DNA of 64,000 nt, taken from assembly GCF_032191835.1 (NCBI RefSeq), contig NC_083228.1, forward strand, positions 71,548,001 through 71,612,000. Reading direction: 5' to 3'. The notes under the pieces are model-generated. The model did not search any database. It was not told where the DNA came from and saw nothing but the letters and a program-made list of their open reading frames with translations. The position numbers and the translations under genes were made by a program. The DNA comes from Heteronotia binoei. Its lineage: Eukaryota. Below are positions 21,131 through 33,277 of this stretch, piece after piece (position 1 is the first letter of the stretch; each line of letters opens with the position of its first letter).

Positions 21131-21236
21131 GTAGTGTTGGAGGAGTTTTACAGATACTGTGGACCATCCAAAAGACCAATAAATAGGTCCTAAATCAAAT
21201 TAAGTCTAAACTCTCCTAAAAACTAAAATGACTGCA

Positions 21237-21438
21237 GAGGGACTGTGGCTCAGTGGAAAAAACATCTGCTTAGCATGCAGAAAGTCCCAGGTGCAATCCC
21301 CAGCAGGACCAGGCAATAGATGAAGTGAAAGACCTCTACCTGAGACCCTGGAGAGCTGTGCCAGTCTAAGTAGACAATACATTACATTAGTGATCAATGG
21401 TATGATTCATTATAAGGCAGCTCATGTGTATTCATGTG
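21237..21438 (+). mobile_element. tRNA-derived SINE, second family, diverged
   Basis: A box TGGCTCAGTGG and degenerate B box GGTGCAATCCC. Body similar to 21506-21733. Confidence 0.75.
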
Positions 21439-21505
21439 AGGCTATCATACTTAGGTCACATTATGAGAAGCCACCTTTTCACTGGAAAAAGACAATAATA
21501 TTTGA

Positions 21506-21733
21506 GGAGGGATGGTGGCTCAGTGGTAGAGCATCTGCTTGGTAAGCAGGAAGGTCCCAGGTTCAATCCCCGGCATCTCCAACTAAAAAGGGTCCAGGCA
21601 AATAGGCATGAAAAACCTCCGCTTGAGACCCTGGAGAGCCACTGCCAGTCTGAGTAGACAATACTGACTTTGATCGACTGAGGGTCTGATTTCAGAATAA
21701 GGCAGCTTCGTATGTTCATATATGTTCATATAT
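21506..21733 (+). mobile_element. tRNA-derived SINE, second family
   Basis: A box TGGCTCAGTGG, B box GGTTCAATCCC, and a tail of repeated (tatgttca). Confidence 0.8.
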
Positions 21734-22539
21734 AATGCTAGGAAAAGAGGAAAAGATCCAACACAAGATGGATTGACTCAATAAAGGAAGCTGTGGCCTT
21801 CATTTTGCAAGACCTGAGCATGTCTGTCAACAATAAGACATTTAGGAAGTCATTAATTCATAGGGTCACCGTAAAGTTGGAAGTAACTTTGATACTTAAC
21901 TCACACATACATTGTATTTAAAACCATATGTGGACGTTTTTAAAATTGAAAGCCATGAAACAAAAGCAACTAAAAAAACAGAAACAAAATAAATAACTTT
22001 TAGAAACATTTCCTTATGCTGGTTTATCACAACTAGAGCACAGATTGCTGCAATTACAAGCAAAACATATATTCAATCCAATAGGGATGTGTGATTAGTT
22101 ATGTCTGGGCTGATAAAAAAAATACCTTACTGATGGGTGTGTGTGTATTTTTAAAGCATAACACACGTTAGGGAATCTCCTGAATGCAAAGAAATAATAA
22201 TTTTTTAAAAACCCATAGGCTTTATTTGGAATTTCAGGAAACCGGCTGGTGAAGTTCTTTAGGCTTCCCCCGCTCTTTAGGGAGGGGGCATATGTACTAC
22301 CATAGGTTCTGTTGTACTTGCAAAAGTGCATCCCCTTGCCCAGGTTAACATTAGTTCTGTTAAGGCTTGCCATGTTGGCTTGTGGTTGTGCTGGGATTTC
22401 TTGGTGCTGTCTTGCTTCTGCTGAGCTTGTTGCTGGTTCTTGCATGGAAGACATTGACTAGTGGTTGTTGCAGGCTTGCCTCTTTAGTTTTGCTCTGAAG
22501 AAAGCAAGACTTTGCACCTCTCATTGGAACCAATGGAAG

Positions 22540-23041
22540 TAGTGTTGTCAAGTCCAATTCAAGAAATATCTGGGGACTTTGGGGGTGGAGCCAGGAGACA
22601 ATGGGGGGTGGAGCCAGGAACAAGGTTGTGACAAGCATGATTGAACTCCAAAGGGAGTTCTGGCCATCACATTTAAAGGCACTGCACACCTTTTAAATGC
22701 CTTTCCTCCATTGGAAATAATGAAGGATAGGGGCACCTTCTTTTGGGGCTCATAGAATTGGACTCCCTGGTCGACTCCTTTTGAAACTTGGAGGGTCTTT
22801 TGAGGAGAGGCACCAGATGCTATGCTAAAAATTTGGTACCTCTAGCTCAAAAAACAGTTCCCCCCAGATACCCACAATCCATTCTATATTATACTCTATT
22901 GGAATCGGTTTCCATAGCAATTAATAGAGTGCCCAGCAGACATTTTCCTCCCCCGCCCCTGCTTTCTGATGGCCTTAAAGTGGGGGGGAGGGCCTCCAAA
23001 CCAGGGGATCCCCTGCCCCCACCTGGGTATTGGCAACCCTA
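22540..23041. mobile_element. Non-autonomous hAT element (TAGGGTTGCCA-type TIR, Blackjack-like)
   Basis: Ends tagtgttgtca / tggcaaccta with a perfect 8-bp TSD AATGGAAG at 22532-22539 and 23042-23049. A partial copy in the opposite orientation lies at about 34790-34996. Confidence 0.85.
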
Positions 23042-23126
23042 AATGGAAGATGGATGGGACACCATGTTTGAGGGCTCATGGAATTGAACCCCTTGACCAC
23101 ATCTTCTTGAAACTTGGCACTTCTTC

Positions 23127-23404
23127 TGTAATGTACTGAACTTAATGTTTCGTGGGAAGCTTCACACATGCCCGGGCAACCACAGGAAATGCTAGAGACT
23201 CTTGATTGATTTGAACTGGAAGCAGCAACCAATGAACGGTCTTGGTGTGAAACTTGACTGCCTCGATTTGGTATGGGAAACTGGGGTGGCGGTGTTTCAT
23301 TTGTATGTATATAAGCAGGGTCTCGGCCCCATGTTGCCTTAGTGTGTAGTTGCTAATAAAGCAGGTTCCTGGTTGAACTCCTACGTGTTGAACCCAGTAT
23401 TTAA
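23127..23404 (+). mobile_element. Solo-LTR-like insertion (278 bp)
   Basis: Starts TGTAA, has TATATAAG at 23308 and AATAAA at 23355, and a 4-bp TSD CTTC (23123-26, 23405-08). Removing it restores a repeat collinear with 22784-22817. The end lacks the canonical CA. Confidence 0.65.
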
Positions 23405-26400
23405 CTTCTGTGGACAGACACCAGCAACTGTGGTGCAGCCCCCTGGATAGATTCCTCATAGGCTATGATGGAACTAAATAATATCAGATTCATGAATAAA
23501 ACTTGGATCCGAATACCACACTGGTACTTGGATCCCAAAAAATCAGGATACTAATATTTTTGTCTCCAATATACTCAAATCTGGAAAAAAAAAGGTTTTT
23601 GCACACCTCTATGGTCCAAAAAGAAGTTAGCAGCATATTCTTTCAGTCTCTTTCTTAGAAAGCAAATCCATGGTTGTCATGAAAAAACAGCAAGCCATTT
23701 GTATCTGCAAGATGGGAAGTTTGGGGCCTGCTCAAAATGCTGCTTCAGCTTTGAGCTACTAGCCCCTCTCCTACCATTTTATTGCACCTTAGAACCTGAA
23801 ACAACTGAAACAAGAGGTGAGTGGTTTTTCCTTGCTCCCTTCTTGTATTGATTTGTTATTTCACTCTGCACTAAGTTCCATTCTTTCTTAATTCCAGTTT
23901 CACTAGGAGAGTTTCTATAATTAATGAATTTTGGGGCAAACATTTTATCTATGATGTCAAATCTTTAATGGTCAATTTGTTGTCAAGTGACAAATATAAT
24001 ATGAGGCAGTTCCTAGATTTGTTATTGTCACTTCTTACCAGATCACAGTGATAACTACCTACATCAGTTTCTTAACCTAACAGCAAGTCAGCAAACCATT
24101 TTTTCCCCTGCCTGAAATATTCCAAAGGTGTGAGAAAGTAGGATTTTTGTATGTACATTTTAATGCTAGTCTGCCAACTAGACCTGCATGGAGACTGCTC
24201 CACATTGTGATAATCCATTTAGAAGGGATTTCATGCAACTTTTAGACATTGATAAGGAAAGTATCCCTGGCTCTTTAGCTAGCTTATGTCAGCAGACAGT
24301 GAACACCTTGTTAAAGACATGCGATTACCAGTAAGCAGTGTGTAATTCCACTGCTCTTTCAAATCCCTCAGGGGGTGTTACACGACGAGGCAGGATTTTC
24401 ATTTCACCTTTCCCATTTCTGCATGCAAGCAAATCTTATTTCTTATGCAAATCTTATTTCTTTCCCTTTGAACTCCTTTTTTGAATTGGAACATGTTTCA
24501 TTATAGATTTTGAAAGAAAGACGATGATTTTATAGTCTCGCCAGAGGAGAGGATTCCAGGTACATATAGGACTTAATATGTCACAACTCCATAAACTGGA
24601 TAGGCAATGATGCTGAACATGATGCAGAGAGTTCTTGAAATACACATATTTTGTAATGCTTATTGGTAGCTAGGGCACAAAACTGATGCATTTGAGATGG
24701 GGTGAACACATGTATTTTTATTTCAAATCATGTACATGGTCAGGAAGACTATTTTCATTTTATCTAGGGTTTTGGCAAATCTCCCATTTTCATTGTTTCT
24801 TTAATGTGATTGTGTGCCATTAAAATGCTCTCTGTATATCACAAATCATTTTAATGCTGCTTATACACAACTAAAAACAATATTTCTATTAGATTTTGTT
24901 TATATGGTCAACTGGCTGCTTGTAAACAGTGAGCAGAGCATGGGTGGATGTTTGAGCATCCCTACTCATGACACATACTACTATTATCACCAGCCCTCCT
25001 ATGCTTTTAGATTTTACAAAATTTCTTCTCCATAGATTTAGTACTCAATTATCCTCCACTCCAATGTAAATTATCACTAGGGAAGCTCAACAACCATCAG
25101 CTTGTCTTATCTTCTGATTACCAGTAGCTATCAGTTGTACCAAATTATCTTCCAAGAAATTGTCATGATGTGACGGCATCCCATGGGTCAGTAATGACTC
25201 CGTGTTTTCACAGGGGACTACCTTTACCTGTACCATTACAGACTAGACCAGTTTAGTCCGCGATTTAACTCTACCTTTTTGGCCTGCAGAGTGTCATAAC
25301 GATTGCCTTGGAAAACAGACACCATATAGATAGTTTCAGAGGGTAGCCATGTTGGTCTGCAGTAGATTCAAGCCCAATAGCATCTTGGAGACCAACAAAA
25401 CTCAGGGGAGGGGGGTGAATAAGCAGGGAGTTTTTTTGTAGAAAAAGCCCAGCTGGAATTCATTTACATATTAGGCCACACACCCCTGGCCCCAAGCCAG
25501 TTGGAACCACGTTCCTGTGTTCCTGCTCAAAAAAAGCCCTGGTATAAATTTTTGAGAGTTAAATCCCCCTTCATCAGACAGAGACTATATAGAATCACTG
25601 CTGCAGATAGTTTTGTTCACCACATTGTAAGACAGAAAAATGGGCATAGTGATGGCATTACATATAAGACCTTCTGTGCAGTACCCATAAAAACACAGAG
25701 TTCTAAATCCCTATCTGGTTGTGTTTGTTCCAGGGTAAAAAAAAAATCTGTTTTTAAGATGGTGTACTCTGTACAGGTGCCTTTGTTGACTTAGTTGTTA
25801 TTGCACAAAATGACACATCATTTCTCTTGTAGAGTGTTTCAGAATGTTGTTCAAACCTGGAAAGTGCTGCTTGCAATCTATTTAGAGTCACCTCTGCAGC
25901 CAGCACAAGCTTGCAAACTAGTTTTGTAAATTACAGTAGAGGCAGGTACTCTTGCAATCACAATTGCAGTAGTCTCCCACATTTAATTAAATAAAACATA
26001 TATAATTGGGGTACATGGCTGTGTAAAAATTCAGAAAGAAACATGAACATATAGTTTTATGATTGTAATAAATTGAGAAAATCAAGAATCCCTCATAATG
26101 GCAGAGAAAGGAATAAAGCTCAGCTCCAAACAGCAAAGTTCCCAGATCCTGACATCTCTAGTTGAATTATTTCATTGTTGGAAAATACCTCTGTCTGAGA
26201 TCATTGGGAGCCACTGGTAGTTATAATATCCAGTACTGAAGTAGATTGACCAATGGCATGACTCAGTATAGAAAGCGTTATAAATTCATATGATAAAGTT
26301 TGGCATAGCATAGCCTTAGTGTTTCTCACTTGTGAATCCTCATTTGCAAAATGGAGAAATTAGTCTTGTATTCTCTATCAAAGAACGTATCACAAAGACA

Positions 26401-27868
26401 TTCATCCTGATCCTAGTAATTTAATTATTACTAATTTGTTTTGTTGTCTTTGAAGGACTTTCATTACCATACACTTTAGTGAGTCAGGGCCAGTGCCATT
26501 TCAGAGAGCAAGACAGATAGGCCATAATGCAACACAAAGTTGGTTGTATCTGGATCCAATTGGCCTAAAGGTGCCTAACAGCCTTGAATTATGACCATGA
26601 GTAGCATGGAAATAGCTAATGTTAAAAGGCAACTACAGCCTATTTGATTACTGCAGTATTTGTTATTGACAATACATTATTGACTCACCACCTCACCAAA
26701 GTGGAAATATGTGGGGTGGCCTTGCAATGGCTTTCCTCCTTTCTGCACAGTTGGGGACAGAGGGTGGCACAAGGTGAGGATGTGTCCACTAGATATCCCC
26801 TCTTGTGTGGGGTTCTACAAGGGGCACTCCTCTCCCCAATTCTATTCAATGTCTATATGTGCCCCCTTCCACCGCTGGTATGGAGCTTTGGGCTGGAATG
26901 CCATCAATATGCAGGTGACACTCAGCTATATTTGCTGTTGGACGACCAGTTGGCTACGGTTCCACCAACTCTGGCTGAGGGTTTGGAGGCCGTGGTGGGC
27001 TGGCTAAGGAAGAGCAGGTTGAAGCTGAACCCATCAAAGACAGAGGTTCTGTGGATGTGGGGGGGCGGGGGCGGAGCTGGAGCATAGACTGCCGACTCTT
27101 GACAGGGTGCTACTAACACGAGCACCTACCATCAAGAGCTTAGGAGTGACGCTGGATACCTTGCTATCAATGGAGGCCCAGGTCACACATATCACCAAGG
27201 TGGCATTTTTTCATCTTTGTCAAGCCCTCCTATCTCACTTGGACCTAGCCACAGTAACCCATGCAACAGTCACCTCCAGACTAGACTACTGTAACTTGCT
27301 CTATGCTGGCCTACCCTTAAGTCTGATCCAGAAGCTCCAGTGGGTCCAGAATGCGGCAGCATGAGTCCTGACAAGAACACCATGGACGGCACATATTCTA
27401 CCTGTACTGCGCCAGCTACACTGGTTGCCAGCTGAGTACCAGGTTAGATTCAAGGTTTTGGTAATGACCTTTAAGGCCTTGAGTGGTGTGAGACCGATGT
27501 ATTTATGGGATTGCCTCCTCCACTATGTCCCTGGAAGGGTGTTGTGCTCCACTGGTCAAAATCTGCTGGTGATCCCTGGCCCAAAAGAGGGCCAGGGCTT
27601 TTTCAGACCTGGCCCCAACTTGGTGGAATGCTCTTCTATAAGACATCAGGGCCCTGCAAGATCTTTTACAGTTTTGCAGGGCCTGTAAGGCAGAGATGTT
27701 CCACCAAGCCTTTCCTTTGTATAAGGACAGTGATGGTTGCCGTGTTGGCACCTTTTCCTCTCCACCTTTTCCTCTCCCTGATGTGATGTAGTGACTGAAT
27801 AAGAACACTTTAAAGAAACCAGGGTTTGTAATTTTTAAATGTAACTGATGTTTTATATATATATATAT

Positions 27869-29205
27869 TCTCTCTCTCGGCTTGGCTTCGCGAACGAAGA
27901 TTTAAGAAGGGTGCAATAGTCCACGTCTGCTGCAGGCTCGCTGGTGGCTGACAAGACCAATGCGGGACAGGCAGGTCCGGCCACAGTGGCTGCAGGGAAA
28001 AGTCTGATTTAGGGTTGGTGCTGTAGCAGTGCGATTCTTCCTCAATCTCCTTTTGTCCTCAAGACCAGCTATGCGTGCGTTCTCAAAGGAAGAGACAGCC
28101 TGGTGGATGGTGTGTCTCCATGCTTTGCGATCTGAGGCTAGGTCGGACCACTGGTGAAGGTTGATGCGACAGGTACCAAGGGATTTCTTCAAGGAGTCCT
28201 TGTACCTCTTCTTTGGTGCTCCTCTATTTCGATGGCCGGTGGAGAGTTCGCCATACAGGGCAATCTTGGGAAGGCGGTGGTTTTCCATCCTAGAAATATG
28301 CCCTGACCAGCGCAGCTGCGTCTTCAGCAGCAGTGCCTCGATACTGGTAACCTCCGCCCGCTTGAGGACTTCAGTGTTGGTCACAAAGTCACTCCAGTGG
28401 ATGTTGAGGATGGTGCGAAGGCAGCGCTGATGAAAGCGCTCGAGGAGTCGCAGGTGATGACGGTATAAAACCCACGATTCGGAGCCGTAGATGAGGGTTG
28501 TCATCACAACCGCTTTGTAAACATTGATCTTTGTGCCTTTTTTCAGATGCTTGTTGCTCCACACTCTTTTGTGCAGTCGGCCAAATGCACGGTTTGCCTT
28601 TGCCAGCCTGTTGTCAATCTCCTTGTCGATCTTGGCATCTGAGGAGATGATGCACCCCAGGTAGCTGAACTGCTGGACTGTCTTCAGAACTGATTCACCC
28701 ACAGTGATGCAGGGAGGGTGATAATCTTCCTGGGGTGCAGGCTGGTGGAGAACTTCTGTCTTCTTCAGACTAACTTCTAGGCCGAATAGCTTGGCAGCCT
28801 CTGCAAAGCAGGACGTCATATGCTGCAGAGCTGATACCGAGTGGGAGATGAGTGCAGCATCATCAGCAAACAGTAGCTCTCGTATGAGTTTTTCCATCGT
28901 CTTGGAGTGGGCCTTTAGTCGCCTCAGGTTGAACAGGCTGCCATCGGTGCGATAGCAGATGTAGACACCATCGTCATCATCTAGATCTACTGCGGGTCCT
29001 TGAAGCCTCATGCTAAAGAAGATCGTAAAGAGAGTTGGCGCGAGAACGCAGCCTTGCTTTACACTGTGCCTATTGGGAAGGGCTCCGAGAGGTCGTTGCA
29101 GTGTCTGACTTGGCCTTGCTGGTCTTTGTGTAGCTGGATGATCATGCTGAGGAACCTTGGGGGACATCCTAAACGTTCCAAGATTTGCCACAGGCCTTTC
29201 CTGCT
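27869..29205 (-). mobile_element. Young 5'-truncated RTE-clade LINE (non-BovB type)
   Basis: VKQGCVLAPTLF, YRTDGSLFNLRRL, LLFADDAAL, FSYLG and C-terminal CSHC...HQRAC. One frameshift near 29062; upstream it reads KGLWQILERLGCPPRFL. (GA)n tail; inserted in a (TA)n tract. Confidence 0.92.
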
Positions 29206-29320
29206 AATATATATATGTATGTATGTACGTACGTACGTACGTACGTATGTATGTATTTTTTAATGTTGTACATCACCCTGAGCCTGGCATTAGTTAGGAT
29301 AGGATGATTCATCAAATGTA

Positions 29321-29396
<76 letters not shown>
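29321..29396. repeat. (AAT)n microsatellite, ~25 units
   Basis: Seen directly in the sequence. Confidence 0.98.
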
Positions 29397-30127
29397 TTAC
29401 TACAGAATAAGTAAAAGAGGTGTTTAATTCAAGACAATGTAAAATTGTATAAAAATGTTAAAAGCTCATAAACAGAAAGTAACAGCAATGGCTGTATTGT
29501 TAAGATGAACTCATGGTTTTCTCCATTTCATGATGATGTTGATATACTAATGCTTTCACTTGGAGCAATGCTTCCTAGACTCCTACCCACTTATACCTAT
29601 CTTATATCTTCATTACACAGAATATATTTTTATCATCAGGACACATGGTAAAGACGCCCTGCATTCCATGACCTCCACCCCACCATCAACCTGACAATGA
29701 ACCAATCTATGCAAGAAATACATTTTCTGGACACTACTGTGAAAAACAAACAATGGATGCATAAAAACCACCTTATATACCAGAAACCTACTGACTGACA
29801 AACATGCATACCTGCTTCCAGATAGCATCCTAAACCTACCAAACAATCGGTTGTATAAGCCAGGCTCTACACTACAACCACATTTGCTCCAATCCTACCA
29901 ACAGAGATTCTCACCTGAGCAAGATACTTTATGCAGTAGTTCACAACTTTAATGCCTGTAGCTCATAAAGTAGAATTTTTGCTCACAAAACACAGTTTGG
30001 AGGATTGAACATCACTAGTGGTTACATACAACTCTGATCTCAAAACGTTTCAAAACATTTCAATGCATCATTAATGACTTACAACCTCTACTAGAAAATG
30101 ACAGCTCTCTTTTACAAGTACTGTGGA

Positions 30128-31700
30128 GTCAAATACTTTTGTCTCACAAGTAGCAATATATAAGATCGATCGACTTAGAAGATGGGAAAGGATACGTTGG
30201 AATTCACTTTCCCCAGACATGGTTCTGTGAGAACTCGTTTGCAAGGTTGTGTGTTTTGTTTTGACAGCCAGAGCTAGATTCTCCAGCCTAGAGACTGGCA
30301 AGCTCCCTGTGTGCTTGCAGAGAACAGAGGCAGTTTTCATTCCCCCTACATGGAGAAGATGCAGTCTTTATCCCCAACTATGAAGACAAGCTATATAGCT
30401 GTGACCAGACACAGTGATTATTTTTCATTTCAAGGAGTGAGATATCAACATTAATACAAAATTAAAAAATTGATACAATAATGCCATTTATAATATGCAG
30501 ATAGTCACAATAATTTGCAGTGTTATAAGCAAATATTACTAAGGTAGTGCTATGAATGCCTAACTGCTTAATAAGTACTATACATTGTGTAAAAAAATAA
30601 AATTTCTTTATTGGGGGATTCATATTGTGGCAAGCACTCTCAGACCACAGAAGTAAAAATTTTAAAAAATGTCCATTGCTTTGAAGAGTGAGGGAAACTA
30701 ATTACTTTAAACATATAACAAACAGACACAGCCATACAAACCTGGGCTGCCAGCAGTGCTTATAAAAACTTTCCCTCCTCTATTTTCTCCTCATAACAAC
30801 CTTTTAAGGTTAGGCTGAAAGAGAGAGTGGTTAGCCCCAGGTTACACCCTGAGTCCGTTTGCGAAGAGGGTGGGATATAAAGCCAGAGTAAGTTAAATAA
30901 AAAACAAAATTACCACCTAGCAGGGTTTCTTAGCAGAGTGGGGGGGGGGAGTTCAAATTTGGGTCTCCTAGATTCCAGTCTAACACTTTAACAGCTATGA
31001 CATGCTGACTCTAGAAATTCTGCCAGCAGATTTCTCTGAGCTGGATATATTTGGAGATCCTTAATAAGAATTATAAGGTTTTCCTGTTTAGGGCAATGTA
31101 CAGAAATCTTTTTGTAATTTGGCAAGATTCTTTTGTTTGCATGGTTAGCTTTGGGCTTTTGATTATATCTGTTTTAGTGGGGGGGGGGGCTCAGAAAATA
31201 TGTGGCAACTTGACTCTGAAAATATATTGCGTGAGAACCTAATTTCCTCAGTTCTCTCTCTGTTTATTTTGACCATAAGCACTTGACCTTTTAAGATAGT
31301 TTGAGGGGTCAAATACTTTTGTCTCATAATTAGCAATATATAAGATCGATCAGATTAGAAGGCTGAGATATATATATTTTTCTACAGTTCTCACCATAAA
31401 ACCAGTGCCCTTGAGCAGTTGACCTTTTACGACAGTTTGTGGGGTTAAATACTTTTGTCTCACAATTAACAATATATAAGATCGATCGACTTAGAAGGTG
31501 GGAAAGGATACCTTGGAATTCACTTTCCCCAGACATGGTTCTGTGAGAACTCGCTTGCAAGGTTGTGCATTTTGTTTTGACAGCAAGAGCTAGATTCTCC
31601 AGCCTAAAGACTGGCAAGCTCCCTGTGTGATTGCAGAAAACAGAGGCAGTTTTCATTCCCCCTACATGGAGAAGATGCAGTCTTTATCCCCAACAATGAA
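30128..31700. repeat. Pair of ~255-bp direct repeats (30128-30383 and 31444-31700) plus a partial third copy (31308-31360)
   Basis: Shared aaatacttttgtctc...gatcgatcgacttagaag...ccctacatggagaagatgcagtctttatccccaac with scattered substitutions. Confidence 0.9.
30775..31015 (-). mobile_element. Old MIR/Squam3-like SINE fragments
   Basis: Degenerate core and head similarity to the SINE at 1383. Confidence 0.45.
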
Positions 31701-31843
31701 AATAGGGATGGGTTTTAATGTTAATAAGAAACTGTAGGTGTTTCCAATTAATAATTAACAGGGCAGTGTTATTAGAATGGGTTGCAGAACTAGTCATGAA
31801 TGTCTTTGGAACAGTTCCCCCCCGCCCCCCATAAAACACACCG

Positions 31844-32165
31844 AGAACATAAGAGCATAAGAGAAGTCATGTTGGATCAGGCCTATGGCCCATCCAGTCC
31901 AACACTCTGTGTCACACAGTGGCCAAAAAACCCAAATGCCATCAAGAGGTCCACAAGTGGTGCTAGAAGGCCTTCCACTTTGCCCCCCCCCCCAAGCACC
32001 AAGAATACAGAGCATCACTGCCCCAGACTGTTCCAACAAAATGCTGTGGCTAATAGCCGCTGATGGACCTCTGCTCCATATTTTTATCCAATCCCCTCTT
32101 GAAGCTGCCTATGCTTGTAGCCTCCACCACCTCCTGCAGCAGTGAATTCCACATGTTAATCACCA
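31844..32165 (-). mobile_element. CR1 LINE 3' fragment
   Basis: Reverse-complemented octamer tail (acataaga) and a 3'UTR nearly identical to that at 32250-32445. Confidence 0.8.
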
Positions 32166-32249
32166 CACATTGCCAATCTTAAAAAGGGATCAAGTAAGTA
32201 ACAGTGACTTTAAGCATGCACCAAGTTGTGAAACACAAGTTCCAGATCA

Positions 32250-33277
32250 TAATAAGAACATGCGAGAAGCCTTGTTGGATCAGGTCAACACTCTGTATCA
32301 CCCCATGCCTAATATATGTATAAACTGTGGCTAATAGCTGCTATTGGACCTCTGCTCCATATTTTTATCCAATCCCCTCTTAAAGAAGGCTATGCTTGTA
32401 GCTGCCACCACCTCCTGTGGCGGTGAATTCCACATGTTAATCACCCTGGGTGAAGAAGTACTTCCTTTTATTTGTTTTAACCTGACTGATCAGCAATTTC
32501 ACCCTGGGTGAAGAAGTACTTCCTTTTATTTATTTTAACCTGACTGATCAGCAATTTCATTGAATGCCCACAAGTTCTTGTATTGTGAGAAAGGGAGAAA
32601 AGTACCTCTTTCTCTGCTTTCTCCTTCCCATGCATAATCTTGTAAACTTCTATCGTGTCACCCCGCAGTCGACATTTCTCCAAGCTAAAGAGCCCCAAGG
32701 GTTTTAATCTTTCTTCATAGGGAAAGTGTTCCAAACCTTTAATCGTTCTAGTTGCCCTTTTCTACACTTTTTTCCAATGCTATAATACCCTTTTTGAGGT
32801 GCAGTGACCAGAACTGTACACAGTATTCCAAATGAGACCGCACCACCTATTTATACAGGGGGGGGCGGCATAATGATACCGGCTGCTTTGTTTTCAATCC
32901 CCTTCCTAATAATTCCCAGTGTGGCGTTGGCCTTTTTTATTGCAATCGCACACTGTCTTGACATTTTTTTCAGTGAGTTATCTACCACGACCCCAAGATC
33001 TCTCTCTCTCTCGGTCAGTCTATACCGGTTCACATCCCCATCAACTTGTATTTGTAGCAGGGATTCTTGGCCCCGATGTGCATTATTTTGCACTTGGCCA
33101 CGTTGAACCTCATCTGCCACGTTGTCGCCCCACTCACCCAGCCTCAACAGACCCCTTTGGAGTGCTTTGCAATCCTCTCTGGTTCTCACCACCCTGAACA
33201 ATTTAGTGTCATCTGTAAACTTGGACACTTTGATGCTTACTCCCAACTCCGGATCATTAATGAACAAGTTAAAGAGC
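32250..33277 (-). mobile_element. CR1 LINE, 5'-truncated, with an internal 58-bp tandem duplication (32442-32557)
   Basis: LFNLFINDPE...SKFTDDTKLF...ERDLGVVVD...KANATLGIIRKGI and YEERLKPLGLFSLEKCRLRGD. Confidence 0.92.

Larger units (their letters stand above)
14258..21905 (+). mobile_element. Degenerate RTE/BovB-like LINE (3' part). Interrupted by a MITE, SINEs and the Gypsy element
   Basis: RT remnants such as CSSYQTNSLISHASKKMLKILQQRL and GVRQECIL...NADDITLLA. The sequence is continuous across 15472/21136 once one copy of the TSD is removed (tttaaatgtagt|gttggaggag). BovB-like 3' end near 21900. Confidence 0.85.
26695..29396 (+). mobile_element. L2-clade LINE, 5'-truncated, interrupted by an RTE element; (AAT)n tail
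   Basis: GVALQWLSSFL...GVLQGALLSPILFNVY...QYAGDTQLY...KLNPSKTEVL and SRLDYCNLL. L2-type 3' end at 29255-29320. Confidence 0.88.

Noticed and set aside
22095-22454. 119-aa minus-strand ORF as a host exon
   Set aside because: It lies within repeat-like sequence that flanks the hAT MITE, with no convincing splice sites or protein motif.
30128-31700. CRISPR array or confident LTR pair
   Set aside because: The DNA is eukaryotic with no regular short repeat-spacer pattern; no TG...CA ends, PBS, PPT or TSD were found.
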